Shown one piece after another: positions 35,848 through 48,589 of a stretch of DNA of 64,000 bases; position 1 is the stretch's first letter; every line of letters begins with the position of its first letter. The DNA comes from Thraustochytrium aureum (lineage: Eukaryota), in contig BLSG01000197.1 of NCBI GenBank assembly GCA_012862495.1, forward strand, positions 62,591 through 126,590, given 5' to 3'. Below the pieces are notes generated by a model. That model saw only the letters and a program-made list of their open reading frames with translations. It was not told the origin of the DNA and did no database searches. The position numbers and the translations under genes are program-made.

Positions 35848-36890
35848 CGTCGTGTCTGTGCTCTGGGCTCAGAGTCCGCTTGCGCCTTGCAGTTGGCGAC
35901 TTTGACGACTTGAAGCTTTGCGGTCGTTGGTTTGGGGTTTGCTGGCGCAGCGAATGAGCGATCTGGCGTCCTTTTCTTCAGGTAACAAATCAATCCAGGG
36001 CCAAGGTGCACCTCCTGAGGCTCTATGTGACTTGCTGACGGACGCTTGCTCAACCGACGAACCGACGTTGTGCTCATTCACGGCGTCTGTCCCTTGCAGG
36101 AGCGTCGCCAAAATGACTTTCGCGGTGTCGCTCAGCGGACCTCGGAGGTGGCCGGTCCTCTTGATGCCCCAGCCAGACTTGTCAGGAAGGCGGATTCGAT
36201 CCCACAGTTTCGGAAGCATCACGACTCGCTCCTGACGGGCCGCGCGCCAATCAACCCAAACAATCCTCCTTGCCCAAAGTATCCTTCTCAGCATCAAGGA
36301 AATCAATCCTCTTTGCTGGCTGCGCGCAAAAGCAGTGCTCACGCCCACATTTGCCGCAGATGTCCGGTTCGGAAGCTGTGATCACGGCAACCAGCAACAT
36401 GGTGCATCCGACATCCCTATACTGCACAAGCTGCTCGAGTTCGCCAGGCCATCAGGGTCTTGGCCCGCCACGTCCACTTGCATGTCCAAGGTCCAGTGCA
36501 TGCGGACGCGGGGACTCGGACATTAGGTCCGCTGCTCAAGAGACCTCTCACGATCATTTCGAGCTCGTGTCATCATTGCTATTTGTGGGCGTGTGGCCTT
36601 CTTTCTCCACGAGCAACGTTCTTTCATTCGTGTCCGTTCGGGGCTCTGATGACGTGCGTCAACGGTTGAACGCCTCCCCACTTCTCGTCACTTAAGGTCC
36701 CCTGTGACGCGATAATTAGGTGTTGAAGGGTCCCGCGTGACGGTGGGGAAACGCTGTGGAATGCGTTGCCGAGATGCGTCAACTTGACCTGAACAAAGCA
36801 TCTCGCTTTCTCGAGGCACCGCGCTGGAGCGGCGCTGGAGAGGAAGGAGACAACGAAGCGGGTGGCGCTCGGGCCAAGAGCGCAGGTGTG

Positions 36891-36966
36891 CTGCTGTCGC
36901 TGCCGCTGCCGCTGCTGTCCCTGCCGCTGCCGCTGCTGTCCCTGCCGCTGCCGCTGCTGTCCCTGC
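36891..36966. repeat. 21-bp tandem repeat (CTGCTGTCCCTGCCGCTGCCG) running into the gap
   Basis: About 3.5 copies before the N-run. Confidence 0.9.
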
Positions 36967-37804
36967 TNNNNNNNNNNNNNNNNNNNNNNNNNNNNNNNNN
37001 NNNNNNNNNNNNNNNNNNNNNNNNNNNNNNNNNNNNNNNNNNNNNNNNNNNNNNNNNNNNNNNNNNNNNNNNNNNNNNNNNNNNNNNNNNNNNNNNNNNN
37101 NNNNNNNNNNNNNNNNNNNNNNNNNNNNNNNNNNNNNNNNNNNNNNNNNNNNNNNNNNNNNNNNNNNNNNNNNNNNNNNNNNNNNNNNNNNNNNNNNNNN
37201 NNNNNNNNNNNNNNNNNNNNNNNNNNNNNNNNNNNNNNNNNNNNNNNNNNNNNNNNNNNNNNNNNNNNNNNNNNNNNNNNNNNNNNNNNNNNNNNNNNNN
37301 NNNNNNNNNNNNNNNNNNNNNNNNNNNNNNNNNNNNNNNNNNNNNNNNNNNNNNNNNNNNNNNNNNNNNNNNNNNNNNNNNNNNNNNNNNNNNNNNNNNN
37401 NNNNNNNNNNNNNNNNNNNNNNNNNNNNNNNNNNNNNNNNNNNNNNNNNNNNNNNNNNNNNNNNNNNNNNNNNNNNNNNNNNNNNNNNNNNNNNNNNNNN
37501 NNNNNNNNNNNNNNNNNNNNNNNNNNNNNNNNNNNNNNNNNNNNNNNNNNNNNNNNNNNNNNNNNNNNNNNNNNNNNNNNNNNNNNNNNNNNNNNNNNNN
37601 NNNNNNNNNNNNNNNNNNNNNNNNNNNNNNNNNNNNNNNNNNNNNNNNNNNNNNNNNNNNNNNNNNNNNNNNNNNNNNNNNNNNNNNNNNNNNNNNNNNN
37701 NNNNNNNNNNNNNNNNNNNNNNNNNNNNNNNNNNNNNNNNNNNNNNNNNNNNNNNNNNNNNNNNNNNNNNNNNNNNNNNNNNNNNNNNNNNNNNNNNNNN
37801 NNNN

Positions 37805-38698
37805 GCGCTCGAGCAATGGGGCGAGGCCAGCGTCAACCGAGGGCCCAGCGGGCCGCACCAAAACCGGGTCTTAAGCGGAGGACGCCTCCGCGAGGTATAC
37901 GACGACTTTGTACAGCGAGCGCAACTCGACAGCGAAAACCGCCTCGCGAAGGCCAAGAAGATGGTCGACCAACTGAAAAGCACAAACGAGTCTTCACCAG
38001 ACCTGGCACAGCCCGAGTGGGATGCGCTCTACCACGCTGCCCGGGGAGCCCTTTTGGATCTCGCACACCCAGACGACTCCGCCTTCGTTCCTCGTAACGT
38101 GCGTCAAGCCGCGCACCAGCTCTTGGATGCCGCCTTGGTGGAACGGACGAAGCGATGCGAAAGACAGGGCCGATCAGAAAGCGAGGCGCGATGTGCTGCG
38201 CTGGAGCAGCGCCTCGAGGCTCTGGAGAAAATTACCGACACCCGGATTGGTGCTGTTCAGGACCTTGTGGCCTCCAGGTCTGATAGGGCCGGCTGTGAAA
38301 TAAGTGCCGTCAGGGAGCAATTGCTCTCTCGAGTCAGCGAAGCCGAGCGCCAGGCTCGCATTGCCTTTTCCAGCGGTATAAATGACGCTCGCACCCGACT
38401 GTTCGCCAGCGCGCAAACGGTAGCTGAAGCATTGCGCAGCGAAACGGGCGAACTCGCCAAATACGTCGAGTCCGTGAAAGCCAAGCGTGAAGCGGAGTTT
38501 GTGTCGGTCTGGGAGGCGATCGCTCACATTTCGCGCAACGTGACCGAGCTCCATGAGCAGCTTGGGTTTAAGCCGTTTCAGCAGGCAGATCCTGCTCGGA
38601 GCCCGCCTCAGTGGGTCTTGGGCGGAAGGCTCGACGGGTCACCAGCAAGCTGGGAGTGGGATGCCGATGCTGCCGAGACCGAGTCTTCCGTGTTTTAA
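37805..38698 (+). CDS. Hypothetical coiled-coil protein; 5' end in the gap
   Basis: The frame of ORF 37961..38698 stays open back to the gap edge (ALEQWGEAS...LAKAKKMVDQL). Heptad-rich helical content. Confidence 0.6.
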   Translation, partial: ALEQWGEASVNRGPSGPHQNRVLSGGRLREVYDDFVQRAQLDSENRLAKAKKMVDQLKSTNESSPDLAQPEWDALYHAARGALLDLAHPDDSAFVPRNVRQAAHQLLDAALVERTKRCERQGRSESEARCAALEQRLEALEKITDTRIGAVQDLVASRSDRAGCEISAVREQLLSRVSEAERQARIAFSSGINDARTRLFASAQTVAEALRSETGELAKYVESVKAKREAEFVSVWEAIAHISRNVTELHEQLGFKPFQQADPARSPPQWVLGGRLDGSPASWEWDADAAETESSVF

Positions 38699-38989
38699 AA
38701 GTTCGAAACGAGCTTTCCCTCGCCTCAACAGAGAACTGGCGCCTTGTCTACCAGAGCGATTTCCCGAACAATCGGTTCGTACGTACTGGTAGTTCCAACA
38801 ACAACAAAACACTGTACTTAGTACTTACACTGTGCCTTTTACTTGCCTGCTGGAGCTCAGGAAATACTCCGGGCAGAGTGAGAACGTCGATGATGCATGT
38901 GCGTGCGGCAGTGGTTTCTTGGAGGAAAGCCAAGAGCCCACAGCGAGGATGGTACGAGGTGGCCGGGCTTGGCTTGTCGCAAGTTGGCA

Positions 38990-41900
38990 CTACTTGGCTG
39001 CGCGGAAGGACTGGTTGAAATCGAGGCGCGTCAAAACATCATCGAGGTGCTGCACCCCGCCGAGCGCAGACCTTTGCGTCAGCATGATGAGCAAAAACCG
39101 ATTCGTTCGCGAGAATCTTCGATGCACGACCTCCAGTTGCGTCCCTAGCCGCTCAAGTGTTTGCTCCGTTGCTAGTGCGCTCGGCGCGGTCCCCGGTCCG
39201 TCGGCAGTGCCGCCGTCGTGCACGAACAAGACGGTGAGCGCCAAGACGCGAAACTTTAGTGCAGCTTCAAGCATCTCGAGCACTGGCTGCATCACTGGAG
39301 TAGGCTCCGCAGGGTCGTCCGGCGAGATCAGGCACTGCGCGCACACCTGGCGTAGGTAGTTCTCGTGCAGGTCACGGAGCTCGTCCAAGCTTGCGGCGCC
39401 CTTGGCAGCCTCGCAAAAAGTGGCCCAGGACACGTGCACGACGCGGTGGAGCACATAGGCGTGCAGATTGTTGACAAAGTGCAAGTGCTCCACCAGCGTG
39501 AGCGACAGCCGGTGCAGCTCGCCAGGGCGCAAAAACGCCTCGGGCGACAATTGACGCCGCCTGATCTTGTGCTGTAGCTGGCAGAGAACGTAGCGGACGC
39601 GCTTGATTTGCATCAGAAAGCGGAAGATCGCCTCGTACTGGCTCAGAGAGTGCTCGTCGATCAAGACGTCAAGCGGGCTGTCCACCTTGAATCGAACGCA
39701 GAGGCCGTCTAAGGCGTGCACGCCCTCAAAGTCGCCCCCACGGTGCCCTTGCGGGAGAACAGCACCGCGCCACTCCACCGCCACAAGCCCAGACAAGTAC
39801 TGCAAGTCCTCGAGGTCGGTCGCCAAGAGCCTAGTGAGGAGCTCGTCTTTCAGATCCCACTCAATGCCGCGCGCAGTTTCATCGACGGCTGCTGGTGACA
39901 GAGCGCCCTGCGGTAACCGGGAGGCCCATTCCCCATCGCGGGAGAAGGCGGCCATGGCGGCCGCCGCGACCGGGTGCTCTGGGCTGATGTCGCGGTCCAC
40001 CGCATGAAAAAGGTCGTGCATGAACGGGGTCAGTGCCGTCTCGTCTTGCACACAGTAAAGCGATCGCAGGCCGCCGAGTCGAGCCAAGACAGCATGCTTG
40101 TCGAGGACGTGCTCCATCACCACGCGGCCGACGAGCTCGCACCTAGTCTCCAAGGCGCTGAAAAGAACCGCGCCGAGGATGATATGGTTCGCAGAGATGG
40201 CGCTAACCCCATGGCCCTGCTCGGCGACCGCGCTTGCCGCAGCAGAAATTTCGCCGAGTTCAAAGGCTCGTCGCGCATCTCTGAAGCTTTCCAAAAGCGA
40301 CGGGCGGGCAGCATCGACCCTGAGCGCGCTCGGTGGCCACATCATCCCCGGCTCGAGCTCTTCGAGGCACAGCACGCGCAACAACTCGACGGATTTGGCG
40401 CAGTCGAACAAGCTTGCGAGCCATCGTGGACCATACCGCTGGAGTTTGGAGCAGGTGCACCCGGCGGCGAGCCGCACCGGCTGGATACGCAACAGGCTGT
40501 TTGGCAGCCTCTGCGTTCGGCTCCGGCCCGCGGCTGTCATCCTCTGCGATGCACACGAAGAATTCCCCGGCGGGGTCCTGGAGCTCGCCTTCCTCCACAA
40601 GCCTCGCCATGGCGACAACCTGAGGCTCCAACGCCTTTAAAAAGGCGTGCACGAAAGGCCTCTTCAGCGCGAGGCTTTCCTGTTCTCCGAGTCCAGCAGA
40701 GAGCGCTCGGTCCTTCGCCCGAAACTCGTAGCCGCCCACAACCTCGTCCATCGCTCGCTCGAACAAAAAGTCCAACAAAGCCGCTACGCGCCGCCGTGCG
40801 GGCCCAGCCTCCGTCTCGCTGCCAACGGTACAGGAAGCTCTTACAGCTTCCGCAAGGACGACCATGCGCTTCGCCTGCTCGAGGTAAGGGCCGAGCCACG
40901 AGGCGACGCGGAGCAAAGTTGGGACCGCAGCGGGGCTGAGGCGCGCGCGTTGCGGCGCCGCCGCGCTAGCTAGGCGCGTTTCCACCACAGAAACAGCCCA
41001 CTCGTGCGCCGCGACCCACTCGCGGCACGCGCAGCTCAGGGCCTGCTCGACGAGCGACCTGGGCCCCTGCTCCAGCGATCGCGCGGCCAGACGTGCTTGC
41101 TCGAGCCCTGTGGCTGCCGCAGCGACTCTGGAGAGGAAGGAAGAGAGCGCTTGCGAGGAGGAATGTGCCAGCGCAAGCGATGCGTTCACGCGAAAGTCGA
41201 CCCCGTTCGGCGCCATCTCAAACAGCGTAGTGGCCTTACTCCCATGCAGCGCCAGTAGAGAGGCGCGCACCGCAGCGGCTTCGTGGACGAGAGGCCCACT
41301 TGATTTGACCAGCTCGCCCTGCAAGTCAACCTTCTCCTTCGAGCAAAGCATCTTGACGAGCGCTCGGTGGCACTTCGCGTTGAAGTGATCCCTCTCAAGG
41401 GCAAGCGGCGACAAGAGCTGGCCCGCACGTCTTGCATGCTCGGCCGGACTCGCGCTTTCCTCGCCATGTCGACCAGGTCCGGCAAACGGCGCGTCTGAGG
41501 AGGCTACTTGGCCTGAAGCATCTTCGCTGTGCGGCTCTTCACGGGCGCCCAGGGGCTCCGGCGCGTCCTGTGACCACGCATCATCGTCGTCCGAGCTAGA
41601 TCCAAAGCTATCGTCAAGCCAATCTTGGTCGAGCAAGTCCTTGGTGCTCGTGGCTTCCTCCAGCATGCGGCGACGCTGCATTGGGGATTTGCGGGCTGAG
41701 CGGAGCGGAGTGAGGCGCAGGTTAATTTCCGCGAGAACAGAACCGGGGCTGTCTCGCCCTGGAGGGCTTTGCCTTTCGCGCAAGTACGCCGCATCTTTCT
41801 CAAGTTGAGCTTGAGACGGAGAGTTGGACAAGAGGTGCAGCAGGCTGAGCACTCCGACGAATGTCTCCTCGCTCGGAATCAGCTCACTCAAAAGCGAAAC

Positions 41901-42190
41901 CTTGTCCAGAACTCGGTCAGCCTTGCCGTGCTCCGAAAACGCGCGCATCTTGTTCGTCACGCCCTGGAAAAGCTCGAGGACATCGCCCGATGACTGCCAC
42001 ATCTGCGACGGCCTCGGCTTCTCCAAGTTGTCCACACAGAACGCCAGGGCAATCCTCGCATTCTCCGTGGCTTCCTCCGCCTCGCCGCCCTCCTCTTTCG
42101 CGGAGAGTCCCTGTCATGGCCCGAACAAGCTCGCTACAAAGCTCCGTTCGTCGTGCATCCTGGAGCGCCTTGAACCGCGAAAAACGCCAT
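38990..42190 (-). CDS. TUBGCP5: Gamma-tubulin complex component, GCP5-like (Spc97/Spc98 family); 1-nt insertions at ~42182, ~42110 and ~40411
   Basis: GRIP2 motifs PLDVLI...YEAIFRFLMQIKRV, HFVNNLHAYVLHRV.H..W, LDELRDLHENYL and TRLDFN. Also LQDPAGEFFV and a GCP5-like N-terminus (VLSLLHLLSNSPS). Confidence 0.85.
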
Positions 42191-42805
42191 TGCCCCGAGC
42201 CGCCGCCGCGCGACCGCAGGCGCTCTCCTGCACGGGGTCCTCGTCCGCCACCTCCTGCTGCTCGCCGCCCGATCCGCGGGCGCCGCGCGAGAGCAGTTGC
42301 AGGTCTGCCGTTGCTCAACCGCCTGCCCTGCCTGCCAGGTTTTGTTCAAAAAAAGTGCGTCCACGATTTCGACGGGACGACGANNNNNNNNNNNNNNNNN
42401 NNNNNNNNNNNNNNNNNNNNNNNNNNNNNNNNNNNNNNNNNNNNNNNNNNNNNNNNNNNNNNNNNNNNNNNNNNNNNNNNNNNNNNNNNNNNNNNNNNNN
42501 NNNNNNNNNNNNNNNNNNNCATCGGCCTGGAGGTGGATTCTGGCATGCCATCCAACCTCACACCGTGCCGTCATCCCCCAGCCCGACCAACCTGCGGCCG
42601 GCTGCTCCGCGCATCCCTCCGCGGCAGCAAGCACGCCCGCAGCGCGCTCGCGCCGGCCGCCCCGCGGCGCTCGCTCGGGCAGTCGATCGACCGAGCGACG
42701 GTCTTCACCATCTTGGCATGGCCATCGTTCCATCCATCGGGCGTGCAGCAGACACCGAACGAGCAGAGCAGCGGCAGAGGCCGAGCGGACAGCGGACGAG
42801 CGCGG

Positions 42806-43711
42806 ATGGCAGACCTCGCTGCAGGAGAGGAGGAGGAGGAGGCGGCGGAGGTTGGGGCTTGGGACGAAGCGGCTTCGGACAATGGCTCTGCGCATGGCAA
42901 TGGCTGTGATGATGGCAACGATGGACTGGTCGGGGACGGAGACGGCGCCGACGCTCGCGCGCCCCCGGCTGTGCCGCCGCGGCGCGGGCGGGCCGAGGAG
43001 GGGGGCAGGGTGGAGGAGCTGGAACGCACAGTGGTGGAGCTGAAGCGCCAGCTGCTGTTGCCCTGCGAGCGTTGTGAAGGAGGCGGACGGAGTCCTGCCG
43101 ACGCTGCTGCGACGGAGCTGGCCAAGCTTGCAGATACGCTGATGCTTGTGGAGCCCCTTTGGACGAAGGCCAAGGAGACGCGCATCGAGATGCTGCGACC
43201 GCGCAAAGCCAATCTAGACCTCGACCCTGTTGCACTTGTTGAGAAAAGCAATGCTATGGTAGAGTCGCTCAAGCTGCAGCTCGAACGGTGCGAACGACTC
43301 GAGAGCGCTGCCGTCGAGGCAGACTCTTCCCTATTCTCCCTGTTTCCCTTCAGTGCGGGGGCGTTCAAGAGGGCCGCTGAGAACGAAGCCTGCAAATCTC
43401 GCTCGCCAGACGCTGCAAAGGCGGTGACGCGCGCAAGCGCTGTGCGCGTCGCTTGCGACCTGCTGGTGGAGATGACGAGAACGCTGCTTGACCAGCGCCT
43501 TGAGATGAATGCATACATCGAAGAGCTCGTCGAGCGCACAATGGCGAAGGAGCTGGCCCTCAAGCGCGACCTGCACATATCGTCGAGTACCCGGAGTGCG
43601 ACGCTCGTCGAGACCAGGGAGGCACAGCGCGTCGCCACGGGTACTGGCGCCAAAGACGACTTTTTGGACGCGCCCGACCTCGACGACGACGCCGCTGAGG
43701 TTGAGCTTTGA
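42806..43711 (+). CDS. Hypothetical acidic coiled-coil protein
   Basis: ATG at 42806 (MADLAAGEEEEE) in the long + frame, with helical coiled-coil content. No recognised domain. Confidence 0.6.
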   Translation: MADLAAGEEEEEAAEVGAWDEAASDNGSAHGNGCDDGNDGLVGDGDGADARAPPAVPPRRGRAEEGGRVEELERTVVELKRQLLLPCERCEGGGRSPADAAATELAKLADTLMLVEPLWTKAKETRIEMLRPRKANLDLDPVALVEKSNAMVESLKLQLERCERLESAAVEADSSLFSLFPFSAGAFKRAAENEACKSRSPDAAKAVTRASAVRVACDLLVEMTRTLLDQRLEMNAYIEELVERTMAKELALKRDLHISSSTRSATLVETREAQRVATGTGAKDDFLDAPDLDDDAAEVEL

Positions 43712-43785
43712 AACCGGCCAACCCAGCTTTCCTTGGTTGCATCCGTGCACCAGTGCAGCGAAAATGGGTCGCATCTGGATCTTTG

Positions 43786-46232
43786 CTACGTCAGACCATG
43801 GGAGCTGCGCCGACGGTCCGTGCGCCCTTTCTCAGTGGCCAACTGGACCCCACTTGAGAAGGCTTCAGCAATGACTGAGGTGACCATGCTCACTATTGGG
43901 TGCGAACTCGACGCGGTTGCGTTCAATATCTCGGCCTTCATTCTTGGCTCATCGCCCTTGCCATCAAGGCTGCGAGCTGCTCTCGAAGTGGTTTGAACTA
44001 GAGCAAGCCGTGTCGTGTACATCATGTACAGCGGGACGAGGGAGAACCGGCCCCCGATCCCGATGCAGTTGAAAAGCGAAGAAATGAAGAGGACCACGTT
44101 CGACTTGATCGGCAGGTCTGAGTCCAGAAGAACGTGAATGTTTAGCGCGAGCATGGGCAAGTCTTCAGCGAATGTCGTGGCGATGTGCAGAAAGTGCATG
44201 CGCTGGCGATGCCTGGTCTGGACCTGCAGCGCGTTCTCCAGATGCCGCCAAGCCGGCTCTGTCGCCGAGGACGGTACGATACGGTTCACCATCCTGCTCA
44301 GCTGCTTGGAATTCTGCATCGAATAGACAAAATCGCCAGCGCTTGCAAGGAGACCGACAATAGCAAAGAAGACGTAAAGCGAGGCAATGTGTTGCAGCTC
44401 TGGGCTGAACCAGACCACCCAAGCGCTCCATGCGTTCGAGACGGAATCGCTCGCCGACACTGCCACGCCGAGCGCGGCTGAAGCCTGCTGCTTGCTCAGA
44501 TAGCTGGAGAACCCTTCGCCCATGACGTTGTTCTTCAGACTTTTTTTGTGGTACAGGTACACCAGGACGCCGATCACGACGAGCGCGCTCGAAATCGCCG
44601 CAACCTGGACAAGGAGGCCTCTGAGTCTGCTTGTAAAGTCCAGAGGCGGCTCCGTGCGTGTATAAGAAATCCGAAGAACCGCCTGGTCGGCCACCTCAAA
44701 GGCGCTGTCGCAAGCATTTGCTTGCACTTGAAAATTGACCGTTTCTGACAAGTAGAGCTCCTCAGATCCTGGCGACGTCACCGTTACCGTCTTGGGCTCG
44801 CTCCAGCTTGTTTTGGTGAACGTCGTGAATGCTGGATCGAACACGATGTTGACTGGAAGCGCTTCCCCCAGCGCCATAGAGGTGAATCCGACGCTTACAA
44901 AGCCGCGGCGCGGCGCACTCGTCAGTCGTATGCGTAGAGAGAGCGTAAAGTTGTTGTCTGCTGACAATTCAGAGACCAACAGCGTTTGGTCCAAGTGGGA
45001 CGCGGCTGTATCCTCGAAGACCCCGTCTGCGGTGACGAGGACGTGGGCTTCACCTTCAACAACACGCCCCCCCGACGCCTTTCCCGCAACCAAGCCGGGC
45101 TTTCCGTCTTGGGTGAGGATGCCCCTGGCTGAGGAAGCGTTGTGCCGTCTCGCGTTATCAGTCAGAAGCAAGCAAGACGCCTCGGCCTCCGTATGCCTCC
45201 CATCCCAGGAAAAGAAGTTGCACCCGCGCGTGGACTCGCATAGCTCGCAGCACAGCTCGGGAGTCTGGGCAAAGAAGCCGTACCTTGCATCGCTCCTTGG
45301 ATAGTCACTGTAGGGCGAAACTGTCGCGCTACCGACGTAAGACACGTTTTGCTCAAACCTGCAGTCCTTGGACCGCGAATCGTCGCGCTGTAATGCGCAA
45401 AACGCAAGGCCGAGCCTTTGCGCCACCTCGCCGCCGACAATCTCTTCGCAGCACACGTCTCCAAACCAATCGCCGGCGCCGTGCACAACGTTCCACAGCT
45501 CTGGGTTGCCGTCTAGTTGGACCGACTCGAGCGCTGGCAAGCGCTCCAGGAGCGACGGCGAAAGGTGCGCAAGCGACGCGTTTCGGAGGTCGAGCGAAGT
45601 GAGGCGCGGAAACTCAAGCCCGTTCAGGGCTTCCTCGCTCAAAACAACGAGCGCGTTGTTCGTCAGGTCGATGGCCTGGGCTGCGGAAGCCTCGCCAGCC
45701 GTGGCTTTTGGCATCGAGTCAAGCCCTAGGCCTGCGCAGTTTACGATCGCACCCCCGCTGCTGCACGAGCAGACTTGGCAAAGTGTCTTTTCCGATGGCA
45801 TGCGGTACACGCCAAGGAACTCCTTTGACTCGGTGAAGCGAATGGGTCGAACCGACTTCGCTGCAACGTGCGACAAAATGAAGCAGTGACCCCCGGTTTG
45901 CACAAAATAGAGCGTGCTGTTCTTGCCCAGCGCGTCGCTCACCTGGCGCGCAACCTCGCAACACTTTTCCGGGCTCTGCACGAACTCCCGCGCGTGAATC
46001 TGGCTGTCGAATTTGGCCTCGGTTTCTTGCGAAATCTGCTCGACAGTGATCTCTGGCACGAACGAGCAAGTGCGGGATTGTGAGGGCTCTGCGAGGCACT
46101 TGGGCATGAGATCGCCTAGAATCATCGCGCCTGACTCCTTGTCACCAATTTCGCCAAGTGAGTTTATGTTGAACTCGACGAAGAGGCCGGCAATAACTTC
46201 CTTGTCCAGCACCCCGTTGTGGCTGCTGCCTG
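43786..46232 (-). CDS. LRR + PAN/Apple-like ectodomain multi-pass membrane protein; 5' end in the gap
   Basis: LRRNT cap CSCSSGGAIVNCAGLGLDSMP and LRRs IDLTNNAL, LTSLDLRNASL and LESVQLDGNP. PAN-like CCELCESTRGCNFFSW...CLL. About 5-6 C-terminal hydrophobic helices, including AEDLPML. Confidence 0.8.
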
Positions 46233-47071
46233 ANNNNNNNNNNNNNNNNNNNNNNNNNNNNNNNNNNNNNNNNNNNNNNNNNNNNNNNNNNNNNNNNNNN
46301 NNNNNNNNNNNNNNNNNNNNNNNNNNNNNNNNNNNNNNNNNNNNNNNNNNNNNNNNNNNNNNNNNNNNNNNNNNNNNNNNNNNNNNNNNNNNNNNNNNNN
46401 NNNNNNNNNNNNNNNNNNNNNNNNNNNNNNNNNNNNNNNNNNNNNNNNNNNNNNNNNNNNNNNNNNNNNNNNNNNNNNNNNNNNNNNNNNNNNNNNNNNN
46501 NNNNNNNNNNNNNNNNNNNNNNNNNNNNNNNNNNNNNNNNNNNNNNNNNNNNNNNNNNNNNNNNNNNNNNNNNNNNNNNNNNNNNNNNNNNNNNNNNNNN
46601 NNNNNNNNNNNNNNNNNNNNNNNNNNNNNNNNNNNNNNNNNNNNNNNNNNNNNNNNNNNNNNNNNNNNNNNNNNNNNNNNNNNNNNNNNNNNNNNNNNNN
46701 NNNNNNNNNNNNNNNNNNNNNNNNNNNNNNNNNNNNNNNNNNNNNNNNNNNNNNNNNNNNNNNNNNNNNNNNNNNNNNNNNNNNNNNNNNNNNNNNNNNN
46801 NNNNNNNNNNNNNNNNNNNNNNNNNNNNNNNNNNNNNNNNNNNNNNNNNNNNNNNNNNNNNNNNNNNNNNNNNNNNNNNNNNNNNNNNNNNNNNNNNNNN
46901 NNNNNNNNNNNNNNNNNNNNNNNNNNNNNNNNNNNNNNNNNNNNNNNNNNNNNNNNNNNNNNNNNNNNNNNNNNNNNNNNNNNNNNNNNNNNNNNNNNNN
47001 NNNNNNNNNNNNNNNNNNNNNNNNNNNNNNNNNNNNNNNNNNNNNNNNNNNNNNNNNNNNNNNNNNNNNNC

Positions 47072-48378
47072 GGTCGACCTTGTGCGGCGGTTGGCCTTGT
47101 ATGGTAGTGGGCTTGGGACGACTTTGGTCGTCGTCGTCGCGACGCTCGGGCTGGTGGCCTTCTTGCCAAGGGCGAACGGGGCGAAGGAAGAAGCGTGCGG
47201 GCTCGAGAGCGGCGAGATGGCGGCGGCGCGCAATGTGGTCAAGGGGATCCGGGCGATGGGTAACGGGCCGATGGAGACAAACAACCCGTTCTTGTTCTGC
47301 GTGTACCACAAGGACGACTACCCCGCGGGGAACGATAAGATGGGGATCACCGGCAAGCGCGGCAACGGCATGGACTTTGACCCCTCCGCGCCGTACCGGT
47401 TCTACCACGGCAGCGAGATCCCAGGGTTTCCGTCCCACCCGCACCGCGGGTTCGAGACAGTGACAGCGACCATAGACGGCATCGTCGACCACACCGACAG
47501 CCTCGGCAACGCCGGGCGGTACGGCGTGGGCGACTTGCAGTGGATGACGGCTGGCAAGGGCATTGTGCACGGCGAGAACTTTCCGCTCATCCACGCGGAC
47601 AAAGGCAACCCGACGAGGTTTTTCCAGATGTAAGTCTCGTGAAGGCAATTCATTTGATTGCCGTTGCCCCTCTCTGAGTGCGGGTGGACACGCCGCTGAC
47701 GGGTTGCGCGAACGGCGACTGTGCCTGAAAACGAAATCGCAAATCGCAAATAGCTGGCTCAACCTCCCCGCGAAGAACAAAATGGTCGACCCGACGTTCG
47801 TCATGCACTGGAGCAACGAGGTTACCAAGTGGGCCTCTGAGGATGGCGGGGCGAAGGCCACCATCTGGGCTGGCGAGATGAACGGCATCTCTTCTACCTG
47901 CCCGCCGCCGCCCAACTCGTGGGCCGCGGACAAAGCTAACGACGTCTCGATTGTCCACTTGACCGTCAAAGAAGGGTCGCAGATCGAAATCGCGCCCGCC
48001 AAGAACGCCGCCGCAACGCGGTTCCTTTACTTTGTCGAAGGCGTCAAGGCCGCGGTTGGGGGCAAGTCGCGCAAGCGCGACGACCCCGTGACGCTGTTCG
48101 AGCTGGACGCGACGCTGCCTGCGCTCGTTCAGGCGCAGTCAGGCACGTGCGAGTTCCTGATGCTCCAGGGCAAGCCAATCGACGAGCCTGTGGTGCAGCA
48201 TGGCCCCTTCGTAATGAACACGCAGCAGGAGATCCAGCAGGCGTTTTTCGACTATCGCGCCACGCAGTTTGGCGGCTGGCCCTGGAAAGAGGGCGCTGTT
48301 ATTTTCCCGCGCGACAAGGGCCGCTTTGCGCTCCTGGGCGGCAAGGAGATCACCCCGCCCAACAACAAGATCCTCTAA
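47072..48378 (+). CDS. Pirin family protein; intron 47630-47753
   Basis: GFPSHPHRGFETVT, DHTDSLG...GDLQWMTAGKGIVHGE. Splicing gtaagt...aatag gives FQIWLNLP. C-terminal PIDEPVVQHGPFVMNT. The start is at 47217 or upstream in the gap. Confidence 0.95.
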
Positions 48379-48589
48379 CAACCTGAAGCGTCCCCAGCCG
48401 CGGCGAGGGCCGCGGGCCGCCTGACGCGACGTTTTGCAACCTAACAAGGGACGGAAGAGAAAAAACCAAAACAACCACCGCTTGTATTCGCTGCGGCGCC
48501 GCACAAATGCGCAGTTGCCGCTTGCTTTCGCCACTCCGAGTAGCTTCGAAGTGCTCTCGCGAGCGGCGACGTGAATGCTGGCGGGCCGA

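Noticed and set aside
35870..36760. Possible degraded gene or transposon remnant
   Set aside because: Only short ORFs, with no recognisable transposase, reverse transcriptase or other domain motif.
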